A stretch of 64,000 bases of DNA from a virus (lineage: Duplodnaviria > Caudoviricetes). The translations under genes and the position numbers were made by a program. Numbering within the stretch: the first letter of the stretch is position 1; every line of letters begins with the position of its first letter. Below the pieces are notes generated by a model. That model was not told the origin of the DNA. It worked only from the letters and a program-made list of their open reading frames with translations, and made no database searches. Location: positions 32,001 through 96,000 of the IMG/VR virus record IMGVR_UViG_3300026549_000051; one strand, 5' to 3'. This document shows, one piece after another, positions 1 through 8,565 of the stretch.

Positions 1-13
1 GTATAATAGAAGT

Positions 14-688
14 ATGAAATATACAGTAAGCCAATTTGAGGAAATCTTCCGCACCCATATCGGTGACGGCACGATAGATATTCCTGAAGACTTTGTTATT
101 AAGGCGCTCAACTGGTCTTTTAATGCGCTTCCTATGGTGCCTAAGCTAGCAAAGCTCTTTTCTAAACACAAACAAGTCCAGCTAGATGCCGAAGGGCATT
201 ATCGCTGGAATCTGAACGGAGACTTTCGTCGTCTTCTTGACATTCCTATGATGAACTTTTGGACATCTACTGGCGGTGATATTTGCAAGCTTAAGATTTG
301 CCACCGCGACGTTAAAGAGTTTTACGACCATAACGGTATCGTCTCTTTGAAGCATGCTGGCAGACCATGTGAATACACGATTGAGCAGGAGGACGACAAT
401 ATCTGGCTCGTCTTCGATAGACCATTAGATGTGCCAGTAATCATTGACTACATCGCTTACGGCATCCCGAAACCAGTTAAAAGCAAGGATGATGTAATCG
501 AGATTTCTGGCATTGCGGAGAACCTTATCTTAGATGTCATGCGCACGGTCTATTACCACGAGGCGGATGACTTTGCCTTTGCTGCCGACATCAATTCTTA
601 TCTCGACAACAAGAAGGTGCTTGAGGCTATCCAGCAACTTAACCGTCGTTGGGGGGTTGAAGAAGCGACCATTGTAGGAGAAATCTAA
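14..688 (+). CDS. Putative head-tail adaptor / tail tubular protein A-like (copy A)
   Basis: 224 aa directly before an 851-aa tail gene (TAATG overlap); clear homolog at 59172-59855; TATAAT-N6-ATG start. Function inferred from size and position. Confidence 0.5.
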   Translation: MKYTVSQFEEIFRTHIGDGTIDIPEDFVIKALNWSFNALPMVPKLAKLFSKHKQVQLDAEGHYRWNLNGDFRRLLDIPMMNFWTSTGGDICKLKICHRDVKEFYDHNGIVSLKHAGRPCEYTIEQEDDNIWLVFDRPLDVPVIIDYIAYGIPKPVKSKDDVIEISGIAENLILDVMRTVYYHEADDFAFAADINSYLDNKKVLEAIQQLNRRWGVEEATIVGEI

Positions 689-3243
689 TGAGTGCTTGGC
701 GCAACCAGAACAACTCACACCCACACGGACGCACCCCCAGCTATTATGCCAACCACAGGCTTTACCCGGGGGCTTATGCTCAGCCAGAGGCGCAGACCCG
801 TACCAGCCGCCGCGTACACGATGGGTTCACGATTAATAACAACTACGGCCTTGATACTACCTCAGACGACATTAATTCCAGCCCGTATTCCAGCCCATAC
901 TATATTAATGGCCGCTATAACTCCGATAACCTGACCACCCAGCGAGGCAATTCAGCCTCAGTCCAGGGGTGTGAGTTCCTTCTCCTACCGGACAAGGTAA
1001 GGATAAATAAAAAGGGCGAAACCGTTAAACTCTCTACTACAGAAGATTTTTCATACGATGACATGCAGACCACGATTGAGATGTGGCAAGGCAAACAAAT
1101 TAAGTTTGAGATTCCGTACGATGGTAAGGTAGTCGGCAATACAATCATGCTTAAAAACACAGGTGAGTGCACCGGCATTCTCTCTATTTACTTCTCCACA
1201 AAGCCAGACGCTGTGCCAATCTATGAAACTGCCATTGACCTCTGTAAAGTATCTTCTGACCGCTTCGAGAAATACACACTACATTCGATGACGGTTATCC
1301 CGCAATTAGCTAATCCAAAGAAGAAGCTTTATGTGCGCATGGAGATTTGGGACGAAGTAGACCAGAAGCGCTCCGCCAACCCATTCAATCCTGGTCGCAA
1401 GATTGAAATTGCAGCCACTGGCCTCGGCAACCATGAGGCGTGCGTTTATCGTTTACAAGATAAGAATACGATGGTGGAGGAAAAGTACGAGTACAAACCG
1501 TACCCAAGCCGTCCGCTTATCGGCTTAGTCTACAGCGACTTTGTCTCTGTCCCGGTTGACCGCATAGACAACATGAAGACTGGTGGAACAGTCTCTTATA
1601 ATAAATACCGTTACGATATCTTTTGCGTTAAAAATGGGTCAGCTGCTAGAGTTCTTATCTACGATAAAGAAATGAACAGACTTATCTGGAACGAGATAAA
1701 GGTGGATGGTCGCGTTAAACAACTAAATATCGCACAGGTTACAGATACTAATAAAGAAACCTGGATTTATTATGTGGACGGCTATTCTCCTTTGCAAAGA
1801 TTTAGGCTCAGACAGTGGAACGACGACGACCTCGAAAACGAGCCGATAGAGAGCATGGCGTTCAACACCGGCTCGGCGGACAACGTCATAGCGGAAATTG
1901 ATAGCGCCACCTTCTTCGATACTGACCTTGGTCAGCAGTCTGGCTATTATGTCTTCACCTTCAATGATGGTACTTGGTGGTACAACGAACAAGAGATAGA
2001 TATCGCGACATATGGCATCACCTTAGTGGGCGGCTCACCAAGCGTCGGCGCAGTCATTAATATCTCTTACACGGTTACTTCTGGTGGTACTAAGACGGTC
2101 GAGAGCATTGAATATGTTGATGCTCGCCCGGTTGTAGGTGCAAGCCTGATTATGTTCCACAATAACCGTCTCTTCCTCTCTGGCTTCCGTAGTGACCCTA
2201 ACCTCGTTCAGATATCTTCTATCGAGGCCGCAGGACCAAACTTCACGCAGTTCCCATACCGCTTCTATACCCCTAACCGCAGTCCGTACGACACCTCTCT
2301 CACACCTATTACGGCTATGGTGGAATACGCCTCTGACCAGATTATGTTCCTCGGTAAAACCTTCTTTACTATTTTCCAGACTTACTCGAGCAGTTCAGCT
2401 TCTAGCTTAGAGGGCGGCATGCCAACGCAAGTCTCTACCTATGTAGACTCGGCTGGCGTACAGAGCCAAGGCGATGTAGTCAATTATAAGGGTGTCATCT
2501 ATTCATTCGATCAGAAAGAGGGTATCCGTCGTTACTCGGGTGCGACTTGGTCTCGCCTCCCAACCACAGTTGATAGCCACTATGACCGTGTCGATATGAC
2601 GAAGCCTCGCAAGATTTGGGGCTACGCCAACAAGCTTTACTTCAACTACACTGATAGCATAGACGGCAAGGCTAAGTGCCTTATCTGGGACATGCAGATG
2701 AATTACCAACAATACCCATGGTTCCAAGATGTGGACATCCCATTCTGCGATGCCCGCTTCGACGAAACAGAAGAGCTCGTAGGCATTCACCCAGACTATC
2801 CGTGCATTATGCGTCTATACGCAGAGGACACCTGGGCTCGCCTAGACACCCCAATCGTCTTTAGGCGCGATACGAAGTACCTCAATCTACCCGGAAACGC
2901 TGCCGACTTCATCGTCAAGCGTGTTCATGTGAAGATTATCAATAACGCTAACCGATGGTGGTGGTTGTCTATTAATGGCGACAAACAAAATATGACCCAG
3001 TTTAGGGGTCACGATAAGTGGTTCCGCCAGCCAGTTTGGGACACTATTACGGTAGAGGAACCAGCTGAAACGCCATTCCCGGTAGAGGACGTGTTCGAGG
3101 AGAATGCTATTTATAGGATGTCCCTCACGAACCTCCGTCTTACCTGTTCGGCAGTGCAAGTGCGCACGAGAGTAAAAACTTTCCGCTCACAAGCAAATCT
3201 TGTCAGCGTTGAGCTAGAGGTTGCTCCAAAGCAATATCTCTAG
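688..3243 (+). CDS. Putative tail nozzle / tail tubular protein B-like (copy A)
   Basis: 851 aa, rich in beta-strand and aromatic residues, HNNRLFLSG blade-like motif; homolog at 59857-62328. Confidence 0.55.
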   Translation: MSAWRNQNNSHPHGRTPSYYANHRLYPGAYAQPEAQTRTSRRVHDGFTINNNYGLDTTSDDINSSPYSSPYYINGRYNSDNLTTQRGNSASVQGCEFLLLPDKVRINKKGETVKLSTTEDFSYDDMQTTIEMWQGKQIKFEIPYDGKVVGNTIMLKNTGECTGILSIYFSTKPDAVPIYETAIDLCKVSSDRFEKYTLHSMTVIPQLANPKKKLYVRMEIWDEVDQKRSANPFNPGRKIEIAATGLGNHEACVYRLQDKNTMVEEKYEYKPYPSRPLIGLVYSDFVSVPVDRIDNMKTGGTVSYNKYRYDIFCVKNGSAARVLIYDKEMNRLIWNEIKVDGRVKQLNIAQVTDTNKETWIYYVDGYSPLQRFRLRQWNDDDLENEPIESMAFNTGSADNVIAEIDSATFFDTDLGQQSGYYVFTFNDGTWWYNEQEIDIATYGITLVGGSPSVGAVINISYTVTSGGTKTVESIEYVDARPVVGASLIMFHNNRLFLSGFRSDPNLVQISSIEAAGPNFTQFPYRFYTPNRSPYDTSLTPITAMVEYASDQIMFLGKTFFTIFQTYSSSSASSLEGGMPTQVSTYVDSAGVQSQGDVVNYKGVIYSFDQKEGIRRYSGATWSRLPTTVDSHYDRVDMTKPRKIWGYANKLYFNYTDSIDGKAKCLIWDMQMNYQQYPWFQDVDIPFCDARFDETEELVGIHPDYPCIMRLYAEDTWARLDTPIVFRRDTKYLNLPGNAADFIVKRVHVKIINNANRWWWLSINGDKQNMTQFRGHDKWFRQPVWDTITVEEPAETPFPVEDVFEENAIYRMSLTNLRLTCSAVQVRTRVKTFRSQANLVSVELEVAPKQYL

Positions 3244-3575
3244 TCGCCAAGGTCAATCTTGAGTTCTGCCGCAAAGCGACGAATCTCACGCCTTAGACGC
3301 TCAATATCAAGCTCGGAGTAATAGAACTCTCCGAGCTTTTTGAGATACACATTCTTCTTACGAATCATATCGTTCGAGATAATCTCTTGATCGATGCAGT
3401 CTAAAAACGCTCCGCCTACATCCATATTCTTTGCCTCATAGACGATGAGACTCTTAATATAAGAGGCATTAGTGAGCACTCTTTTAATGTTTGCGACAGA
3501 AAAAACGGACACAATATGTGCCGCCAGCACCCGATACGGGTCGTCATACTCTTTGTGTTTGCCTATACACCCCAT
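3240..3575 (-). CDS. Conserved hypothetical protein
   Basis: Homolog at 62323-62676 (YDDPYRVLAAH, GAFLDCIDQE, YLKKLGEFY shared). Confidence 0.75.
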   Translation of the reverse strand: MGCIGKHKEYDDPYRVLAAHIVSVFSVANIKRVLTNASYIKSLIVYEAKNMDVGGAFLDCIDQEIISNDMIRKKNVYLKKLGEFYYSELDIERLRREIRRFAAELKIDLGD

Positions 3576-4114
3576 GAGCTTCTACTCCTCCTATCTATCT
3601 CTGAGCCATACAACTGCTTTTCTAGTTCCTTTCTCTTTTTTATGGCGTCATCTACATTATTAAAATATCCAGTATACTGAAACTTTTCCTTGAGTTTTAT
3701 CGTTACCTCCCAAGTGTCGTACGTTCCACCTGTTTTTTTATTCCTCACCCTCCTAACTCCAGGGTATGGTCTATTTTCTTTTGCAGATTTTCGCCTACTA
3801 CGATTAGCGGAGTTTAGACTGTACGAGACCTCTCTAAGGTTTTCTCTGCGATTATCTAATTTATTTCTATTTATGTGGTCTATCACCATACCTTTATCTG
3901 GTTTCTTATAGACAACATGGTGTAGAGAGATATTTTTTGTTTTCCCGTTCTCTTTTACCGACTTTATAGCGTAACCGTGTGAGTCTAATCTCCAGCTATT
4001 CATTTCTACTTTGTACACATCATCAGCAGATACAAGAGCGTACCCTTGTTTTGCGTTTTCGCCTAGCGGGACAAACCCAACACCGTCTTTTATAATAATA
4101 GCCCTAGCCTTCAT
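3563..4114 (-). CDS. HNH homing endonuclease with AP2-like C-terminal domain
   Basis: VIDHINRNKLDNRRENLR HNH motif, then YPGVR..WEVTI..YTGYF AP2-like segment; AT-rich; absent from copy B; ATG overlaps the upstream TGA. Confidence 0.85.
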   Translation of the reverse strand: MKARAIIIKDGVGFVPLGENAKQGYALVSADDVYKVEMNSWRLDSHGYAIKSVKENGKTKNISLHHVVYKKPDKGMVIDHINRNKLDNRRENLREVSYSLNSANRSRRKSAKENRPYPGVRRVRNKKTGGTYDTWEVTIKLKEKFQYTGYFNNVDDAIKKRKELEKQLYGSEIDRRSRSSWGV

Positions 4115-4425
4115 AAACCCCAAGACCCCCTTCGCCGTCTACTCCCTCTCCTGCGAGAGTTCTCTTTTTTACCGCGGTTTGTTTTGCGGGAAACCACCCG
4201 AAGGTTACTTGAGACGTTGTGCCTAGGGTTACTATCTTTATGGTCGATATCTTTTCCGTCGCCCTTATGCACTCTGCCAGATTTGAGGGCTGAGCGTCGG
4301 GCGGAGTTGCGAGACGCACGCTCCGCCTTAGCTTTTGCCGAGCTTTGGAACTTCTCGTATTCGTGCTTAACGCCAGCAGCCGTGCGCTTGCGTTTGCCGT
4401 TTACTGTAACCCAAAGCCTGCCCAC
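4111..4425 (-). CDS. Small basic HNH-motif protein
   Basis: DIDHKDSNPRHN..NLRVVSRKTNR; homolog at 62669-62986. Confidence 0.7.
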   Translation of the reverse strand: MGRLWVTVNGKRKRTAAGVKHEYEKFQSSAKAKAERASRNSARRSALKSGRVHKGDGKDIDHKDSNPRHNVSSNLRVVSRKTNRGKKENSRRRGSRRRRGSWGL

Positions 4426-4427
4426 GA

Positions 4428-4889
4428 TTAAGCCTTTGCTGCAGCTTCGATTTGAGCTTGCATCTTAGCGTATTCTTCTTCGGCCTTCTCTTTTGACATG
4501 CCGTTTAAGATAGCCTTGAAGATGTCTGTCTTGTGTTGGGCGTCCATAAACTCTTTACGAGCAGCTTCGAGTTCGTTGGCTTTTGCGGCGTTAGCCTTTT
4601 CAAAGCCCTCAAAATCTTTAACAGCCTCTTCCGTTGAAGGCAGTGCACGGTATTCGTCTTCAAGCTCCTTGGTAAGTAGGCCTCTGCGCCATAGCAAGAA
4701 CATAATATTGTTGGCTTGAGAAACCATCCAACCCTTGAGCATAGCTTCGCAATACCCATCCCCGTTCACCATGCCAGAAGCGTTGTTGAAAATCTCTGGC
4801 ACATTAGAGAAGTGCGCGATGTCGTTCTCGTCCGTCAAAATATCTAAGGCTTTTTTAATTAACTGGTTTGCTTGTTTAGCAGTTTCCAT
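4428..4889 (-). CDS. Conserved hypothetical protein
   Basis: Homolog at 62986-63447; GAGGAG RBS. Confidence 0.8.
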   Translation of the reverse strand: METAKQANQLIKKALDILTDENDIAHFSNVPEIFNNASGMVNGDGYCEAMLKGWMVSQANNIMFLLWRRGLLTKELEDEYRALPSTEEAVKDFEGFEKANAAKANELEAARKEFMDAQHKTDIFKAILNGMSKEKAEEEYAKMQAQIEAAAKA

Positions 4890-4926
4890 GCTTTCTCTCC
4901 TCGTTTAGATTACTAATCTAAGTTTA

Positions 4927-5610
4927 TCATTCTACCAGCTTCAAGCCAAGTCGGTTAAGGAAAGCGGTGTCTTCTGGAGAGAGGCGCGTGCCGTAGTTCA
5001 TATCGACATAACTATCGCCCACATTGTATGCAAGGTTTGGAAGTTTAGTACCCTGGTTGCGAGTAACGATATTATAAAGCTGGTTGTACTCCTGCTCATT
5101 TAGTGCTCGTGCTGCTGCATCAAGAATCTGTTGGTTAGTAGTGAGACCAGCACGTTGTGCCACAGTGCCAAAGCGGATAGGAGACTTGTTGGCATTACGG
5201 AATTGTGAACCTCCACTAAGGTCCTTGTAGTAATAATCTCCAGCCTCGTTCAATACGGTCGCGCCGCTCGGCAATGAGGTGTTGGTGTTCGTCTCGTTGA
5301 GGTCATTGATGGCATCGTTAATACTAGCCAGTTGGTTTATATAGTTCGTTGTATTACTGCGTAACTTGTCGAGCCCGGTCTGATAAGACTGCTGAAGTTT
5401 TATCTGGGCGGGGAGATAGGTATTGGTATCATACTGCATCTTTGCACGCTCGGGGAAGTTAGAGTACATCATTCCAGCAGTGTTGGCAGCCCCCATAAGG
5501 TTCTGAAACTGGTTGCGCCTATTGTTCTCCAGGTTCTGCACGCCCAAATCACGCTGGCGATCCAACTCGTTTCGATAGTTAGCAATAAATGAATTTACTT
5601 CATCGTTCAT
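4927..5610 (-). CDS. Coiled-coil hypothetical protein (long allele)
   Basis: First ~105 aa homologous to 63492-63818, followed by a ~120-aa extension. Confidence 0.75.
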   Translation of the reverse strand: MNDEVNSFIANYRNELDRQRDLGVQNLENNRRNQFQNLMGAANTAGMMYSNFPERAKMQYDTNTYLPAQIKLQQSYQTGLDKLRSNTTNYINQLASINDAINDLNETNTNTSLPSGATVLNEAGDYYYKDLSGGSQFRNANKSPIRFGTVAQRAGLTTNQQILDAAARALNEQEYNQLYNIVTRNQGTKLPNLAYNVGDSYVDMNYGTRLSPEDTAFLNRLGLKLVE

Positions 5611-5632
5611 ATCTTTATTTTATAATAACTAT
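5611..5632. promoter_or_regulatory. Bidirectional leaderless promoter (back-to-back -10 boxes)
   Basis: 22 bp between divergent ATGs; TATAAT-N6-ATG on + and TAAAAT-N6-ATG on -; same geometry at 63819-63840. Confidence 0.7.
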
Positions 5633-6178
5633 ATGCCTAGACAACTTTTTCCACGCATAACGCCAGTGATGCTAGACCGCAATCCTGACCAGGTGTGTGA
5701 CATCTTAAACCGTGCCCTCGGCGAATTAAATACTCTCTACCAAAGCATAGACGAGATAAACAATGGGATGACCTCTATCAAGAACAGGCTCTCTGCTCTC
5801 GAAAACGCGCCCACGCCTTCTTATACGGAATTTGTACAGACTGTGCTCTTTAACTCTGCCAACATGGGCACCACCCCTGGTATGTGCTTGCGGAACTGCC
5901 GCCTCGGCTTCGGTATTCAGTCCGGGACTTATGCTAACGCAAGGGCTGACTGGGAGAGCCAGATTGCTAACGGTACGCTCCATACTGGGTATCCGCCGAG
6001 CTATCTTCAGGTGCCAGTATATGCTGATACGGGAACGACGAATGGCCACGTCGTGGTCTGGGATAGGGGCACAGTATGGGAAGATGGCTACGTTGTGCCA
6101 GATGGTCTCATTCATTATTCCAACATTATTGGCTGGGGTGAACTCTGCGACGGTGTCAGAGTGGTCCAGAGAGTCTAG
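5633..6178 (+). CDS. Small virion-region protein fused to a CHAP/NlpC-P60-like Cys peptidase domain
   Basis: N-terminus matches the 37-aa ORF at 63841; C-domain has GMCLRNCRLGFG..NARADW..NGHVVVW (Cys/His dyad pattern). Confidence 0.55.
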   Translation: MPRQLFPRITPVMLDRNPDQVCDILNRALGELNTLYQSIDEINNGMTSIKNRLSALENAPTPSYTEFVQTVLFNSANMGTTPGMCLRNCRLGFGIQSGTYANARADWESQIANGTLHTGYPPSYLQVPVYADTGTTNGHVVVWDRGTVWEDGYVVPDGLIHYSNIIGWGELCDGVRVVQRV

Positions 6179-6218
6179 TTTTTCTTAGTGTAGACTGCAC
6201 CTCATTTATAATATGGGT

Positions 6219-7364
6219 ATGAGTTGTAATTGTAATAAATGCGGTAACGACCCTTGCAGCTGCGGCGGCTGCCAGCCAGCTCGTTACTCTTGCGATTTCT
6301 CCATTGAGGTTGACCCATTCAACCCATATATTTGGCTACTAAATAACTGTGGCAAACTGAGCCGCATTAATATTCCTAAGATTCCAGAGACCTGTACTAG
6401 TCTGCAGTCCAATTTCTCGGCTGCGAGCCTTGTTTATAATGGCGAGTGTGGTCAAGACGTTATTACTGGGCGCCAGCTTGGTCAGCTTATTAATCTCGAC
6501 GACCTACGCGATGTCGATGTTGCCGATGCAGACTCCTGCGATTTAATGGTTTTCGACCCAGGCTGTACTGCTTGTGGCGATGGCTGTAAACCAAAGCCAG
6601 CCATGTGGCGCAAATATCATATCCCTGATGCTGGCGATTGCGAGGTTGAGCCTGATTCTGATGGGTATTACCATGTGCTTATTAAGGACGACTGTGGCTG
6701 TATCAAAGAGTGCCGTATCCCAGTAGTGCCTGATGGTAGCGCGATTATTAACTATGTGCGCGACTCGGTGCCTGATGACCCAGATTTCCCGTGGTATTAT
6801 GGCAACTACAATGACACCATCAATCTCTACTTGTCTCAGAACTTCGCTCAGTGGTTCGGCAAGTACGACCTTGAAGTGACGATTAACTACGGTGTACAGT
6901 GCGTCCGCCCAGTCGCTGGTAAGAACGTGAACTTCCGTTCTCTTATCGTCCCAGTGGTAGAAGGCACTGAGCCTAATGTGGAAATGATGTCGTCTATCCT
7001 ACAAGACGACTGTACTACCCGTAACCTAGCGAACCAGCGTGTTATTCCGTGGGGCACTAAGTCCCTGCGTGGCACTTTCGCCTTTATAGTTCCTAAGGGG
7101 AAAGAGGCCTATCTCCACCATGAGTTCCGTCTTCGCACAGTTGATTCCAGTGCTAACTACTGGATCGACCCTACCTATGACGGCAAAATCGTTCCAGCAG
7201 AGATTGCTGGCCAGATTAACACCATGCCGCATAATGCTTCTCGTCTTCACGCTTTACAGGTAATCGTTAAGCCTGCTCGTGGTGTCGTAAGCTACGACCC
7301 AGTTAAAGACGCTGACCGTACTCAGCTCGACGCTCCAGTTGATTTATACCCTAATATCGGATAG
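6219..7364 (+). CDS. Cys-rich putative virion protein
   Basis: MSCNCNKCGNDPCSCGGC start; LDDLRDVD motif shared with 47485 and 48180; start placed by TATAAT-N6-ATG. Confidence 0.7.
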   Translation: MSCNCNKCGNDPCSCGGCQPARYSCDFSIEVDPFNPYIWLLNNCGKLSRINIPKIPETCTSLQSNFSAASLVYNGECGQDVITGRQLGQLINLDDLRDVDVADADSCDLMVFDPGCTACGDGCKPKPAMWRKYHIPDAGDCEVEPDSDGYYHVLIKDDCGCIKECRIPVVPDGSAIINYVRDSVPDDPDFPWYYGNYNDTINLYLSQNFAQWFGKYDLEVTINYGVQCVRPVAGKNVNFRSLIVPVVEGTEPNVEMMSSILQDDCTTRNLANQRVIPWGTKSLRGTFAFIVPKGKEAYLHHEFRLRTVDSSANYWIDPTYDGKIVPAEIAGQINTMPHNASRLHALQVIVKPARGVVSYDPVKDADRTQLDAPVDLYPNIG

Positions 7365-7372
7365 GAGGGATT

Positions 7373-8128
7373 ATGGCCAAACAATATCAATGGCAAGTAA
7401 GCATGGATGCCGTAGGCCCAATCGCCGCTGGCGTCCTATCTGGCGATACTTCTTTGCACACCACAGACGTTCTCTCTGGTACATCGACTGCTCAATATTA
7501 CTATCTCGATAGTAACGTGGTCACTAGCGGAACTGCTAACACCTCTCGCGTCGTGATACAAGTGACAGATACTTGGACGGTATCTTTCGACTCTCGCAAT
7601 AACCTGACCGTTAGTGTGTCAAGCGTGCTAGACTCTATCGTTCGTGACAATGTGAACGGCAACCCTGCCGGCTCTTCCAACCTGGCTCGTGACATGAACG
7701 CCTATCAGTACGAGGGCGGTACGTCTCTCTGGTATTATCGTGATACAAATATTAGTGCGGCAAAGACGATCGCCACTAATATCAGCTTGGGCACACATGT
7801 GTTTACTCTAGCCCCTGGTCAAATGGCGTCACGCCACAGTATGTTCTTCTTTAACAAGACTGTTGGCGCTCAGACTGCCGGCGACCGCCTCAATATGGGT
7901 GTTAAGTTCGTGAACATTTTGCCACCTGACTATCGCCCCGGCGCGACACTCGATAGTGGCAGCCTATGGCAGTCTCATAACCGAGAGGGCGGCAAGGCAC
8001 ACATTCTAGGCTCAGGCGGTACATGGGCTGAGATGAGAACTATAGCAGGTCTAGAAGATTCAGACAATCCACCAAGTATCAGATTAAACGATAAATGGTT
8101 CAATCAGCGGAAGATTGGCAAAGAATGA
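7373..8128 (+). CDS. Putative virion/tail protein
   Basis: 251 aa, Ser/Thr- and beta-rich, AGGAGG RBS, in the structural cluster. Confidence 0.55.
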   Translation: MAKQYQWQVSMDAVGPIAAGVLSGDTSLHTTDVLSGTSTAQYYYLDSNVVTSGTANTSRVVIQVTDTWTVSFDSRNNLTVSVSSVLDSIVRDNVNGNPAGSSNLARDMNAYQYEGGTSLWYYRDTNISAAKTIATNISLGTHVFTLAPGQMASRHSMFFFNKTVGAQTAGDRLNMGVKFVNILPPDYRPGATLDSGSLWQSHNREGGKAHILGSGGTWAEMRTIAGLEDSDNPPSIRLNDKWFNQRKIGKE

Positions 8129-8139
8129 TATAATAAGCA

Positions 8140-8165
8140 AAAACCCCGGGCAAAACCGGGGTTTT
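8140..8165. terminator. Bidirectional intrinsic terminator
   Basis: AAAACCCCGG-GCAAAA-CCGGGGTTTT between convergent genes. Confidence 0.8.
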
Positions 8166-8168
8166 GAG

Positions 8169-8302
8169 ACAGCCATCCGCACACACTATTTTTAACAAAA
8201 GATCTTGAACAAATAAGGTGCAACTGTTTGTTTTTCGTGTTTGTTTTGCGATATAAAAGCGAGAGATGAATTACAAGAGATATAGTGTGTGCGAAAGGCC
8301 GC
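8169..8302 (-). ncRNA. Candidate long-stem RNA 3' of holin (copy A)
   Basis: ~21-bp closing stem (core CGCACACACTAT/ATAGTGTGTGCG) enclosing ~92 nt; analogous element at 51933-52088. Confidence 0.45.
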
Positions 8303-8321
8303 CCCAAGTGGGGCGACTTTT

Positions 8322-8564
8322 TTATTTCTTCGCAATGTTTTGCGCAATGGTGATGTAGCCCGAAGTCGCCAAGCCAAACACCATGCCGACCAAGAAATTG
8401 GCGCCGAATACGAGGCCGCCTAGCCCGCCGATAAGAGCAGCAACGATGATAGTGATTGCTGCACGCCAGTCTTTATCGAAGAGGCGCTTAATGAGCTCCA
8501 CTCCGCCAGCCACGAGGCCAGTTAAAACTGCTGTTGCTAAGGTTGATAGACCTAAGATTTCCAT
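8322..8564 (-). CDS. Holin
   Basis: 80 aa, about three hydrophobic segments, immediately after the endolysin; near-identical to 51687-51926. Confidence 0.75.
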   Translation of the reverse strand: MEILGLSTLATAVLTGLVAGGVELIKRLFDKDWRAAITIIVAALIGGLGGLVFGANFLVGMVFGLATSGYITIAQNIAKK

Positions 8565-8565
8565 C

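Noticed and set aside
1-6200. Terminal direct repeat or circular overlap with 59.2-64 kb
   Set aside because: The copies differ by many substitutions, indels and a whole gene; true terminal repeats are identical.
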